A DNA stretch of 64,000 nt from Gammaproteobacteria bacterium. GTDB lineage: Bacteria > Pseudomonadota > Gammaproteobacteria > Ga0077536. The notes under the pieces were generated by a model. It worked only from the letters and a program-made list of their open reading frames with translations, had not been told where the DNA came from and did no database searches. Positions 1 to 8,939 of the stretch are shown here, in pieces. The DNA lies in the NCBI GenBank assembly GCA_963662545.2, contig CAXXLL010000002.1, positions 608,001 through 672,000 of the forward strand, given 5' to 3'. Both the position numbers and the translations under genes were made by a program. How positions within the stretch are numbered: the stretch's first letter is position 1; each line of letters starts with the position of its first letter.

Positions 1-195
1 CTTGCCGGGCTCCGTACCCGGAAAATACGGTGCATACACCGTGTATCGATCTGCCAACTCGTCGAGAAAATCATCCCAATAGAACCCGCCCGCCGAGTGC
101 AGGAACACGAGCGGATCGCCCTGGCCCGCGATGTTGGTCGTGATCTCGAGCGCGCCTCCGAGTACCGGCACCGTTTTAGTTTTCATGTCTTTCAC
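1..195 (-). CDS. alpha/beta hydrolase, N-terminal part (runs off window start)
   Basis: Manual translation gives MKTKTVPVLGGALEITTNIAGQGDPLVFLHSAGGFYWDDFLDELADRYTVYAP; GGAGGA RBS before GTG; lies directly downstream of the LLM gene. Confidence 0.75.
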   Translation of the reverse strand, partial: MKDMKTKTVPVLGGALEITTNIAGQGDPLVFLHSAGGFYWDDFLDELADRYTVYAPYFPGTEPGK

Positions 196-222
196 GTCGA
201 GTTCCTCCGCTCCGTTTCGCGC

Positions 223-1458
223 TTACGCTGCTTTGCGCTTTTCTTCGCGAGCGCCTTGCGGCCACCAGTGATTCTCCCAGCCCTCATCGTCCCAGATACC
301 ACGCAGGTGCGGGAGTACGTGCTTCCCGATGCGATCGATATTCTCCATGGCCTGCTCGTGACCCATGGAGCCGAACTGCGGCAGTAACATCAGGTTGCCG
401 ATTCGCAACCGTTTGATGATTTCCGTCAGCCGCTCAGTCACTGTCTCCGCGCTACCCACGACGAGGTAATCCTGCTCATTGAAATCCTTGAAGCGATTGT
501 TCTGCGTTTCCTCCAGCGTGGGTAGCGGTTTCTTGACCATCAGGTATTCGAGGCCACTGTGAGTGAGAAATCCCGGTGGAAAAAACAGGCTCGGCGGCAG
601 CAGCAGCATCTTGTGATAGAAATATTCGGCGTGTTTAGCGTATTCCTTGGCGGCGCTCGCATCGGTTTCCGAGACACCGACCGGAATCAAATAACCTAAG
701 CGGTAGGGATTCGGTTCACGTCCACCCTCCTCGACGCGGCGCCAATATCCATTGACAGCGGTATCTGCACCCTTCGCCCCGAAATACGTCAGATAGCAGT
801 ACGCGTAGTCGTGCTCGACGACGAAGTCCCAAGTACCCGGGCTCGCATTACCCGGCACCCAGATCGGCGGATGCGGCTCCTGTACCGGCCGCGGCCAGAT
901 GTTGACCATAGGCAGTTGGTAGTATTTGCCGTTCCACGCGAAGATCTCTTTTGCGGCCCAGGCTTTCTTTATCAAGTCGTGCGCTTCCTGGTAGCGCTCG
1001 CGCTGCGTTATCGGCGCATAGCCGTAGCTATAAGCAAAATCACCACCAACGCCAACGGGCATGCCGGCCACCATGCGGCCTTCCGAGATGCTGTCCAGCA
1101 TCGCGTACTCTTCGGCAACGCGGATCGGCGGGTTGACGAATACGGCCGTTTGACCCATTTGCACGATCGCGGTTTTCAAGTTGAGGTCCCGCGTCGCGCG
1201 AGCGAGGATGGAACCCATCATGTTCGGGTTAACCATGAAGCCGTACGCATTCTGGTGGTGTTCATTGGTACATACACCGTCAAAGCCCGACTTGGCCGCG
1301 AAGATCAGTTCATCGAGCGTCCAATTGTAGTATTGGGAGATCTTGTGACGGTCCGCGACTTCGTGGAACGGTAGCGTGAACCAGGCTGACTTGTGTTTAC
1401 TTAGGAAGTCGTCCGGCAGGTCGCGGTAAGGCATCAGGTGAAAGCAAGAGATCTTCAT
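223..1458 (-). CDS. LLM-class (luciferase-like) flavin-dependent monooxygenase
   Basis: 411 aa; GFDGVCTNEHH, PIRVAEEYAMLDSISEGR, PRPVQEPHPPIW and VGSAETV motifs. Confidence 0.9.
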   Translation of the reverse strand: MKISCFHLMPYRDLPDDFLSKHKSAWFTLPFHEVADRHKISQYYNWTLDELIFAAKSGFDGVCTNEHHQNAYGFMVNPNMMGSILARATRDLNLKTAIVQMGQTAVFVNPPIRVAEEYAMLDSISEGRMVAGMPVGVGGDFAYSYGYAPITQRERYQEAHDLIKKAWAAKEIFAWNGKYYQLPMVNIWPRPVQEPHPPIWVPGNASPGTWDFVVEHDYAYCYLTYFGAKGADTAVNGYWRRVEEGGREPNPYRLGYLIPVGVSETDASAAKEYAKHAEYFYHKMLLLPPSLFFPPGFLTHSGLEYLMVKKPLPTLEETQNNRFKDFNEQDYLVVGSAETVTERLTEIIKRLRIGNLMLLPQFGSMGHEQAMENIDRIGKHVLPHLRGIWDDEGWENHWWPQGAREEKRKAA

Positions 1459-1665
1459 TAAGGTTCTCCTCTCGAAGTAGCAGTCACATCTTCCGTGCGG
1501 CAGATTGTTTAGGGGCGTGTTTTGATTATAGACATAACTGTTTGCTGGCGAACGGTTACTATTTGTTCTTTTCGTGCCGGTTTAGAATGCATCCAATGAT
1601 GCTAGTAATGCTGGTCAATCGGCAAGCGCTGGTATGCCGCGCACCTATCCACTAGGCAAACGACT

Positions 1666-2694
1666 GTGCCGACCAACGTCTCTCCGGAATACAAGCGCGC
1701 CGAGTTAGCTTTCAAGCAGGCGCGGGAGCCGCAGGAGCGCCTCGAAGGACTGCGTGAGATGCTGCGCACCATTCCCAAGCACAAGGGCACGGAGCATCTG
1801 CAGGCTGACATCAAGGGCCGTATCAAGCAGCTTAGCGAGGAGTGCAAGGTCACAAGGAAAGGCGCGGCGCGCCGTGGCCCGCTACAGGTCGTGCGCCCGG
1901 AAGGCGCCGCGCAGGTCGCCCTGCTTGGACCGCCTAACGCTGGTAAGTCGAACCTGCACGCGCACGCGACCAGCTCTCACGCCGAGGTCGGACCGTATCC
2001 CTTCACCACGCACGAGCCCTTGCCCGGGATGCTGCCTTTCGAGGACATCCATTTCCAACTCATCGACTTGCCACCGGTCACCCGCGAGCATCCGGTACCT
2101 TGGATCGGCAACGCCTTGCAACCGGCCGACGCATGCTTGCTGGTTGTCGATCTACAGGATCCAGATTGCGTCGAGGCGGTGCTCGCGATCCGCGAGCTGC
2201 TCGCTGAGCGGCGCATTACGCTAAGTGAAAACTGGGACCACGCGACGGCCGGCGACGACATAGACGAAATGGAAATCGCTGATCCGTTTGCGATGGTACT
2301 GCCGACCTTGCTCATCGCTGCCAAAGTGGACTTGATGGCCGAACGCGAGGACGAACTAGCGGCCTTCCACGAGCTCATTGGGACGTATTTCCCTACGATT
2401 GAAACCTCGGTCGAGACCGGTGAGGGACTCGATGCGATCGGTCGATGGCTGTTCGAGAAACTCGGAATCGTGCGGGTATACACCAAGGCACCCGGCCGAC
2501 CCCCAGACAAATACAAACCGTTCACAGTACGCTGTGGCGATACCGTCCACGATGTGGCATTGCAGGTGCATCGCGACCTCGCCGATACGCTCAAGTTCGC
2601 GCGACTGTGGGGCGCGAGCGGGCGGTTCGATGGTCAGCAGGTGAGCCGCGACCATCCCGTCCGCGACGGGGACGTGTTGGAATTGCATTCTTGA
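1666..2694 (+). CDS. DRG/OBG-family GTP-binding protein with C-terminal TGS domain
   Basis: G1 GPPNAGKS, G2 YPFTT, G3 DLPP, G4 AKVD; TGS-like IVRVYTK...DGDVLELH. Confidence 0.88.
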   Translation: MPTNVSPEYKRAELAFKQAREPQERLEGLREMLRTIPKHKGTEHLQADIKGRIKQLSEECKVTRKGAARRGPLQVVRPEGAAQVALLGPPNAGKSNLHAHATSSHAEVGPYPFTTHEPLPGMLPFEDIHFQLIDLPPVTREHPVPWIGNALQPADACLLVVDLQDPDCVEAVLAIRELLAERRITLSENWDHATAGDDIDEMEIADPFAMVLPTLLIAAKVDLMAEREDELAAFHELIGTYFPTIETSVETGEGLDAIGRWLFEKLGIVRVYTKAPGRPPDKYKPFTVRCGDTVHDVALQVHRDLADTLKFARLWGASGRFDGQQVSRDHPVRDGDVLELHS

Positions 2695-2860
2695 TGCTCG
2701 CGAAGCGAGCCCATAACTCGCGCCGACTAGCATGATCTTCGTGTCCTGCGAAGGCGGGATCAACCACAACGAGATCGAAAACGCGACCGCGGAAGATCTC
2801 GAAGCGGGGTGTCATGTGTTGTACATGCGATCCCGGATCGAGCAACGAATTGAAGACCAT

Positions 2861-3214
2861 CTATGAGTCAGGCGCCGGTATCGCGCAGAAGTCATAAGCA
2901 CCCACACCTTGTACTAACAAAAACCGGCATCGCGACGGTCCATTATTCGAGACGAAGTGGGCGGCCTTGGCTTCGATTTGACACTCGTCGCCCGCCGCGA
3001 GGGTGAACGCCTGGCGCCCACCCTTGGTCTCGACTTTTAGATCGCCTTCTAAACAGTAGAACTGATCCACGATCGCTGTGTGGTAGTGCCAGGGGATGGA
3101 CTGCCCGGCTGCCAGCGTAATTTTGAGCACTCTGAGATCCGGTGTTTCGGCAAGGATGTCCGTGGCCTCGATTTCGTATTCGGTTTCCCAGGGTCGCGTA
3201 TTTGCTTGGTTCAT
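2861..3214 (-). CDS. cupin domain protein
   Basis: 117 aa with PWHYH...FYCLEG...AHFVSN cupin motifs. Confidence 0.8.
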   Translation of the reverse strand: MNQANTRPWETEYEIEATDILAETPDLRVLKITLAAGQSIPWHYHTAIVDQFYCLEGDLKVETKGGRQAFTLAAGDECQIEAKAAHFVSNNGPSRCRFLLVQGVGAYDFCAIPAPDS

Positions 3215-3235
3215 GGAGATTAGCCTTACTAATGT

Positions 3236-3988
3236 TTAACGACTGAACTGTTTGATCAACGCCGCCGAATCTGGATCTAAAGTGCCACGGATGGTCGCTT
3301 CGGTCTCTAGCGCCATCGCACCTTCGACGTCCAGGTAACAGGCCCGGTTGGAGATCCGTTTGAAATCGACCAAAGCATTCGTGGGAAGCTCTGCGATGCG
3401 GGCGGCGACCGCTTCCGCTTCTGCAAACAGCTGGTCGTCGGGTACCACCCGCCATGCGAGTCCGAGCTCGTGCAGACGCACGGCGCTTTGTTTTTCGCGT
3501 AGTAGCACCAGTTCCTTGAAGTTGGCGAGTCCGATTTGCCGCGGCGCGATCACCGTAGCACCACCCGTGAGAAACAAGCCCCATTCCAACTCAGGGAAAA
3601 ATCCACGCGCCGTTTCACCCCACAAGGCGAGGTCGCAATCGATCGCCCACTCGAAACCCGCGCCGACCGCCCAGCCGTGGATCGCGCCGATCACGACCTT
3701 GTTACCGAGCACGATTTCACGCGTGATGGCTTGAATGCGATCGATCTCGAAGCGCACGTCCTGCGCGCTGCGCCCTTCAGCATGATCGTCGAGGTCGTAT
3801 CCGGCACAAAAGGCGCGCCCCGCGCCGCGAAAGATGATCACCCGCGTATCGGCATCAGCGTTCGCTTCGCGAAATGCATCCAAGGTTGCAACCACCAGAT
3901 CGTCGTTAACGGCATTGAGCTTGTTAGGCCGGTTCAAGGTGATGGTGCGGATGCCGTCTTTGATGTCGTTCAATACGAGGTCGGACAT
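3236..3988 (-). CDS. enoyl-CoA hydratase/isomerase family protein
   Basis: ITLNRPNKLNA, GRAFCAGYDL and AIHGWAVGAG motifs; start set at the ATG after a GGAGGA RBS. Confidence 0.9.
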   Translation of the reverse strand: MSDLVLNDIKDGIRTITLNRPNKLNAVNDDLVVATLDAFREANADADTRVIIFRGAGRAFCAGYDLDDHAEGRSAQDVRFEIDRIQAITREIVLGNKVVIGAIHGWAVGAGFEWAIDCDLALWGETARGFFPELEWGLFLTGGATVIAPRQIGLANFKELVLLREKQSAVRLHELGLAWRVVPDDQLFAEAEAVAARIAELPTNALVDFKRISNRACYLDVEGAMALETEATIRGTLDPDSAALIKQFSR

Positions 3989-4110
3989 GTCGTTCCTCCG
4001 GAAAACTTCATCAACCATATGCGCATCCGGCTGGCGCGAAAAGGTGGCGCGCTTGCAGGGGGTCTGATCGCAGACGATCATGGCGGTCTCCCCATTGCCA
4101 GGAGCCACTC

Positions 4111-4965
4111 ATGGCCGCTACCATCATCGATTTTCGCGTGCGCCTGCCCATTGATCTCAGGCCGCCGCTGGAGGTGCCGCCCGCGGTCGCCGACCAATAC
4201 GATGCTGTTCTCGGGACTTCGACCTCATTCCAACGGACCTTAGCCGATCTGAAAGAGGAGATGGTGGAAAACGGCGTCGAGCATGCCATCGTCCACGCCG
4301 AATTCGAGTTCGGCGATCCGGCGGACGCCTTGAACGCCGCGGTAGCGCAACTGATCCAGGACGATTCTGAGCGTTTCAGCGGCATCGGCACGATCTCGGT
4401 GGAGCCGTTCGACATCATGCGGGCGCTAGGGCAAATGGCATTCTGCAAAGAAGCGGGCATGGTCGGGATCACCACTCAACCGTCGTTCTTCCACCTCGCA
4501 ATCAACGACCGGCGCCTCTATCCGATCTATGCCAAGGCGGTGGAACTCGATCTGATCACGTGTCTCCACACCGGCGTCAACTATGGCGTCACGCATCCTA
4601 TTCGGAATGATCACCCGCTGATGCTGGACGATGTCGCCTGTGATTTCCCGCAACTCACTTTGATCGCCTGTCACGCGGGCTGGCCCTGGACCGCGGAGAT
4701 GGTTGCGGTGGCACGCAAGCATCCCCGGGTGTACCTCGAATTCGGCGGCCTTGCGCCCAAATATGTCGGCGCTGCCGGGACGGGCTGGGAAGTCACGTAT
4801 CGATTCATGAACAGTGTCTTGGCTCGGCAGGTTTTATTCGGCACCGACTGGCCGGTGATCGCGCAAACTCGTGCGCTGTCGGAGTGGCGCGAGCTCGGCT
4901 TGAAACCGCGCGTGCTCGACAATTTACTCGGTGCGAATGCGGCGCGGTTGCTTGGGCGTAGCTAA
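4111..4965 (+). CDS. amidohydrolase family 2 protein
   Basis: IIDFRVR, YPIYAKAVELD..LHTG, HAGWPW and LFGTDWP motifs. Confidence 0.88.
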   Translation: MAATIIDFRVRLPIDLRPPLEVPPAVADQYDAVLGTSTSFQRTLADLKEEMVENGVEHAIVHAEFEFGDPADALNAAVAQLIQDDSERFSGIGTISVEPFDIMRALGQMAFCKEAGMVGITTQPSFFHLAINDRRLYPIYAKAVELDLITCLHTGVNYGVTHPIRNDHPLMLDDVACDFPQLTLIACHAGWPWTAEMVAVARKHPRVYLEFGGLAPKYVGAAGTGWEVTYRFMNSVLARQVLFGTDWPVIAQTRALSEWRELGLKPRVLDNLLGANAARLLGRS

Positions 4966-4976
4966 CGTCGCGATCG

Positions 4977-5110
4977 ATGATCGCTATGGGTCGATAGCCG
5001 CCTCCTCGCGGCAGCGCAGCACCTTTCCAAATCACGTCTGCAATGCGCTCATAAGCGGTCGACAAGTTCCCTGAAGCGTCGAGTCGAGAGGGTACGGCTG
5101 CAGTCGGCCA
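4977..5110 (+). repeat. tripartite palindromic repeat, copy R1 (third palindrome interrupted by element E1; resumes at 7607)
   Basis: GATCGCTATGGGTCGATAGCCGCC / ACGTCTGCAATGCGCTCATAAGCGGTC / GGCTGCAGTCGGCCA|TGAGCGGTC. Confidence 0.85.
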
Positions 5111-5246
5111 GGGGACGAAACCGCTATCGCGGTAGTGGTTAGCGAGGTCGTGGCGGAGTTGTAGTCAGTTCAGTTAGCAAGATGGGCCCTCCCTGTGTTG
5201 AGGTTGTTATCGCCAAACAACGACCAACAACACAGGAGACAAGCCC

Positions 5247-6131
5247 ATGACCCAGTCTAACAAAACCATCAGCCCGTTGTACGTCAACGCATGATCGACG
5301 ACATGACGTTGCGTCAGCTGCAGGAGAAAACGCAGACCGGATATCTGCGTTCCGTCAAACGCTTGACGAAGTTTCTGGGTCGCTCGCCGGATACGCGCGT
5401 CAGCCGAAGACCTGCGCGCGTTTCAAAAACAGTTGGTTGAACACGGCGCGTCGAGCGCGACCATCAATGCCACGATCCGCGGTCTACGGTTCTTCTTCGA
5501 GACCACCTTGGAACGCCCAGCGGCACTCAAACGGATGAGTCCGGTGCGGGTGCCGGAGCGCTTGCCGGTAGTCTTGAGCGTTGCAGACGTCACCCGCTTA
5601 CTAGACGCCGCGCCCAATCTGAAGTCGAAAGCCGCGCTGTCGGTGGCCTACGGTGCCGGCTTATGCGCCAGCGAAGTCTGCCACCTCAAAATCACCGACA
5701 TCGACAGTGAACGGATGATTATCCGGGTCGAGCAGGGTAAAGGTTCGCGCGACCGTCAAGCGATGCTCTCGCCCGCTTTGTTAGGTTTACTGCGCGCTTG
5801 GTGGCGCGACGGTCATCGCCGCGGCAAGATGCTCCCCAAGGGTTGGCTGTTCCCCGGCAGGGATCCCGTTGACCCGCTCTCACCTCGTCAACTCAATCGC
5901 ATGTGTCACTTCGCCGCGGCCACCGCCGAGTTGGATAAACAGATCTCCATGCACACCCTACGCCACAGTTTCGCGACGCACTTGCTCGAACAGCAGATCG
6001 ATATCCGGGTCATCCAGGTATTACTTGGCCACAAGAAGCTGACCACCACGGCGCGCTATGCCCATGTCGCAACGAAGGTGTTGAGCGACGTACAAAGTCC
6101 CCTCGACCGACTGAGCTTACCGACGCCGTAA
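5247..6131 (+). pseudogene. tyrosine recombinase, frameshifted
   Basis: Homologous to 19660-20541; +2 and +1 indels near 5280 and 5395; catalytic R changed to C (AGLCASE); [13 protein letters not shown] retained. Confidence 0.85.
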
Positions 6132-6132
6132 C

Positions 6133-7289
6133 GTGGCGCGGCCACCGCTCGAGGTGGCAGATATTTTTAGACGCGACGGCGCGACCTGGCGTCAAGCGCA
6201 TGCCGGTCATATCAGCCTCGGCCAACTCAAGGTCATGTCTGCCATCGAACACTGCCGCACCGAGGCGCTCGGCGGGCACCTGTTGCATTGCGAGCCGTGC
6301 GATGCAGAGCGTATTGCCTATAACTCGTGCAGGAACCGCCATTGTCCGAAATGTCAGGGACGTAAAGCAGCGCAATGGCTCGAACACCGTCAAGCAGAGC
6401 TGTTGCCGGTCGCGTATTACCATATCGTGTTCACCCTACCCGCACTGATCGCCGAGTTTGCCTATCAGAATAAAGCCGTGGTCTATGACCTGCTGCTTCA
6501 GAGGTGTCTGCTGCAACGCTCTCCACCATCGCCGCCGATCGCAAACACCTGGGCGCCCAGATCGCAATGACCTCGGTGTTGCATACCTGGGGCTCGGCAC
6601 TCACCCATCATCCGCATGTCCATTGCATCGTGCCCGGCGGCGGACTCGATGGCGAGACCTGGGTGCCGTGCAAACGGGGGTTCTTCCTGCCGGTACGGGT
6701 GTTGTCGCGACTGTTCCGGCGCTTGTTTCTGGAGCGGCTCCACCAGGCACACCGTGACGGGCAGCTACACTTCTGCGGTGACTTGGCGACTCTCGCCAAC
6801 CGCGCATCGTTCGACCAGTATCTGGCACCATTGGCGCAAACGGATTGGTTCGTCTACGTCAAACAACCCTTTGCCGGACCCCAAGCGGTGCTGGCTTATC
6901 TGTCGCGCTACACCCACCGCCTCGCCATCTCCAACCATCGGCTCATCGCCCATGATGCGCGTGGCGTCACCTTCCAATGGCAGGACTATCGCAGCAAACG
7001 CCGGGTGCGCTACCAACCCATGACGCTCGCCACCGATGAGTTCATCCGGCGCTTCCTGAACCACGTCTTACCCAGGGGCTTCCATCGCATCCGTCATTAC
7101 GGCTTGCTCGCCAATCCGGTGCGACGCGATAACCTGGCCCGCTTGCGCCGAGCACTCGATATGCACCACGAGCCCGACGTCGAAACACAACCAATTACGA
7201 CACCTTCGCCGACCTTCGTGTGTCGAACCTGTGGCGCGCCCTTACAGATCGTCGAGATCCTAAACCCGAGAACTCGGTCACCGCCATGA
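6133..7289 (+). pseudogene. IS91-family (Y2/HUH) transposase, frameshifted near 6500
   Basis: Zn finger SCRNRHCPKCQ in ORF 6133-6570; HPHVH, YLSRY and GFHRIRHYG in ORF 6504-7289. Confidence 0.88.
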
Positions 7290-7689
7290 CATCGGCTTCT
7301 ACTGACAACAATGACAGGCAGCACGCAGCGGTGTTGGCGATCTCTTATTGCCTCAGCCGTGGCAGACACCCGAACCGCGCGATCAAAACCAACCGATCAC
7401 TCGCTAAAACCGCTCTCAAAAGCATCGATAGCGCCGACATCGGACTTCGAATCGCCGCGCACCACCACACCGTCGACCCACTGCCCTAAACAATCCCCAT
7501 AGCCACGCCCCGCGGTTTCCTCCCCTGGGCGTTATCGAACACCCGCCTCAACGCTGTCGCAGAACCGCGCCCTTGTGCCGTTGCGGGTGTCCAATAACCC
7601 TAACCATGAGCGGTCATAAACATGAAGCGACGAGTTTCTACTCTCACTCCCCACATTCTGGATCGCTGAAACTTCCGACACATGAACGC

Positions 7690-8238
7690 TCACCGGCAGC
7701 TGCTTGACCTGTACTTAACAGGAAGCGTACCACCGCGGCAATCCCACCTAACCCTAGCGTCCTCAATGGACGGTGTGAGCACGATAGTGTGGCTATCACA
7801 GATTTCAACCAAAGTGATGGTTATTACTCCTTGCTCACCTACGGAGACTGAATCAGTCCAGTAACTACTGATCTCTCCAGGGGCAGCCAACTCTGCTTGC
7901 TCGTTACTCGAAGGTAGTTTGCCATGACGCGCAAAATACTCGCTGACAGCGTTTTTACCAGCGCTTGCGAGCGATAGGCTCTCGGTAAACACTTCACGAA
8001 CGAACGGGAGTTGGCTTTGCAAGTACATCGATAGCACCAACGCTACGACGGGAAAGACAAATGCGAGCCCGATGGAAAGGCGATTATGGTTTTTGATTGC
8101 TTCGCGAACTTTCGGCGACACGAATGAAACGAGTACAGACAGAATGCCGAGTGCGAAAGCAATTAGGGCCGTCCACCCGAAGAAACTTGACAAGAAATCG
8201 ATGACTCGCAGATTTTCGGGAATGCAAATTTTGTACAT
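7690..8238 (-). CDS. membrane-anchored protein with a type IV pilin-like C-terminal domain
   Basis: Two hydrophobic segments, then EVFTESLSLASAGKNAVSEYFARHGKLP...GVITIT...WDCRGGTLPVKYRSSSCR; lower GC than flanks. Confidence 0.7.
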   Translation of the reverse strand: MYKICIPENLRVIDFLSSFFGWTALIAFALGILSVLVSFVSPKVREAIKNHNRLSIGLAFVFPVVALVLSMYLQSQLPFVREVFTESLSLASAGKNAVSEYFARHGKLPSSNEQAELAAPGEISSYWTDSVSVGEQGVITITLVEICDSHTIVLTPSIEDARVRWDCRGGTLPVKYRSSSCR

Positions 8239-8377
8239 GCCGGATGGTTCTCAATGCGCGTGGAATAAGGAATCATATCCTGATTCTGAATTGGTGCCGA
8301 AGAGCTGATGCAAAAGATGCTACAACCGTGTGGTCGCCCGTGTGTCGCAGTCGAACCTATGGATTCCTGCAACCGCG

Positions 8378-8510
8378 AAGTCCTAATTGGGTCGTCAGCA
8401 GCCTCATCGCGACAGCGCAACACTGCTCTGGATTACGTCTGCAATGCGCTCGTAAGCGGTCGTCGCGCCAGCTTAATATTCGCTACGAGCGCTGAGTTCC
8501 GCTCGTGGCC
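8378..8510 (+). repeat. tripartite repeat, copy R2
   Basis: GTCCTAATTGGGTCGTCAGCAGCC / ACGTCTGCAATGCGCTCGTAAGCGGTC / TTCCGCTCGTGGCC, followed by an IS1182-IR-like GAGGCTGCGTC. Confidence 0.8.
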
Positions 8511-8939
8511 GAGGCTGCGTCCGGACGTCACGTACAAGCAAAAAGAGATCCGACGACGCGGATTCCTTGTTACCAACGATATAAATTTGTTTACCCGGCT
8601 TCGCCTCACCGTGGTTCGAGGCATTGTGGTAGCGAAGAGCAAAGTCCTTCTCCACGTTCGGTCCAAAACCGCTCACGTGTTTTATTCGCCCGGCAGGCGA
8701 TCGATACGCGAGAATGTTGAGATCACGGCGGATGTCGAAGAGTTAAGCCGTTCTTTTGAACAATGTCCGCGCAGAGAAAAGCTTTTTGGCGATGCCGGGC
8801 GGTCGTCGGTCCGGAAGGTGCGGCGGCGCGGTTACAACCACAAGGCGGCCCAGCGGATGAAGCATGCTTTCTCCCGGGGACGTTCGGTGATGCGAGGCGT
8901 TCAGGAGCCGGCGCCGCTGCCAATGGATTGCATCCCCCT

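Larger units (their letters stand above)
5111..7606 (+). mobile_element. element E1: tyrosine recombinase + IS91-type transposase (decayed)
   Basis: Left end GGGGACGAAACCGCTATCGCGGT and right end AATAACCCTAACCA match E3; flanks rejoin to a site matching the empty copy at 57725-57750. Confidence 0.85.
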
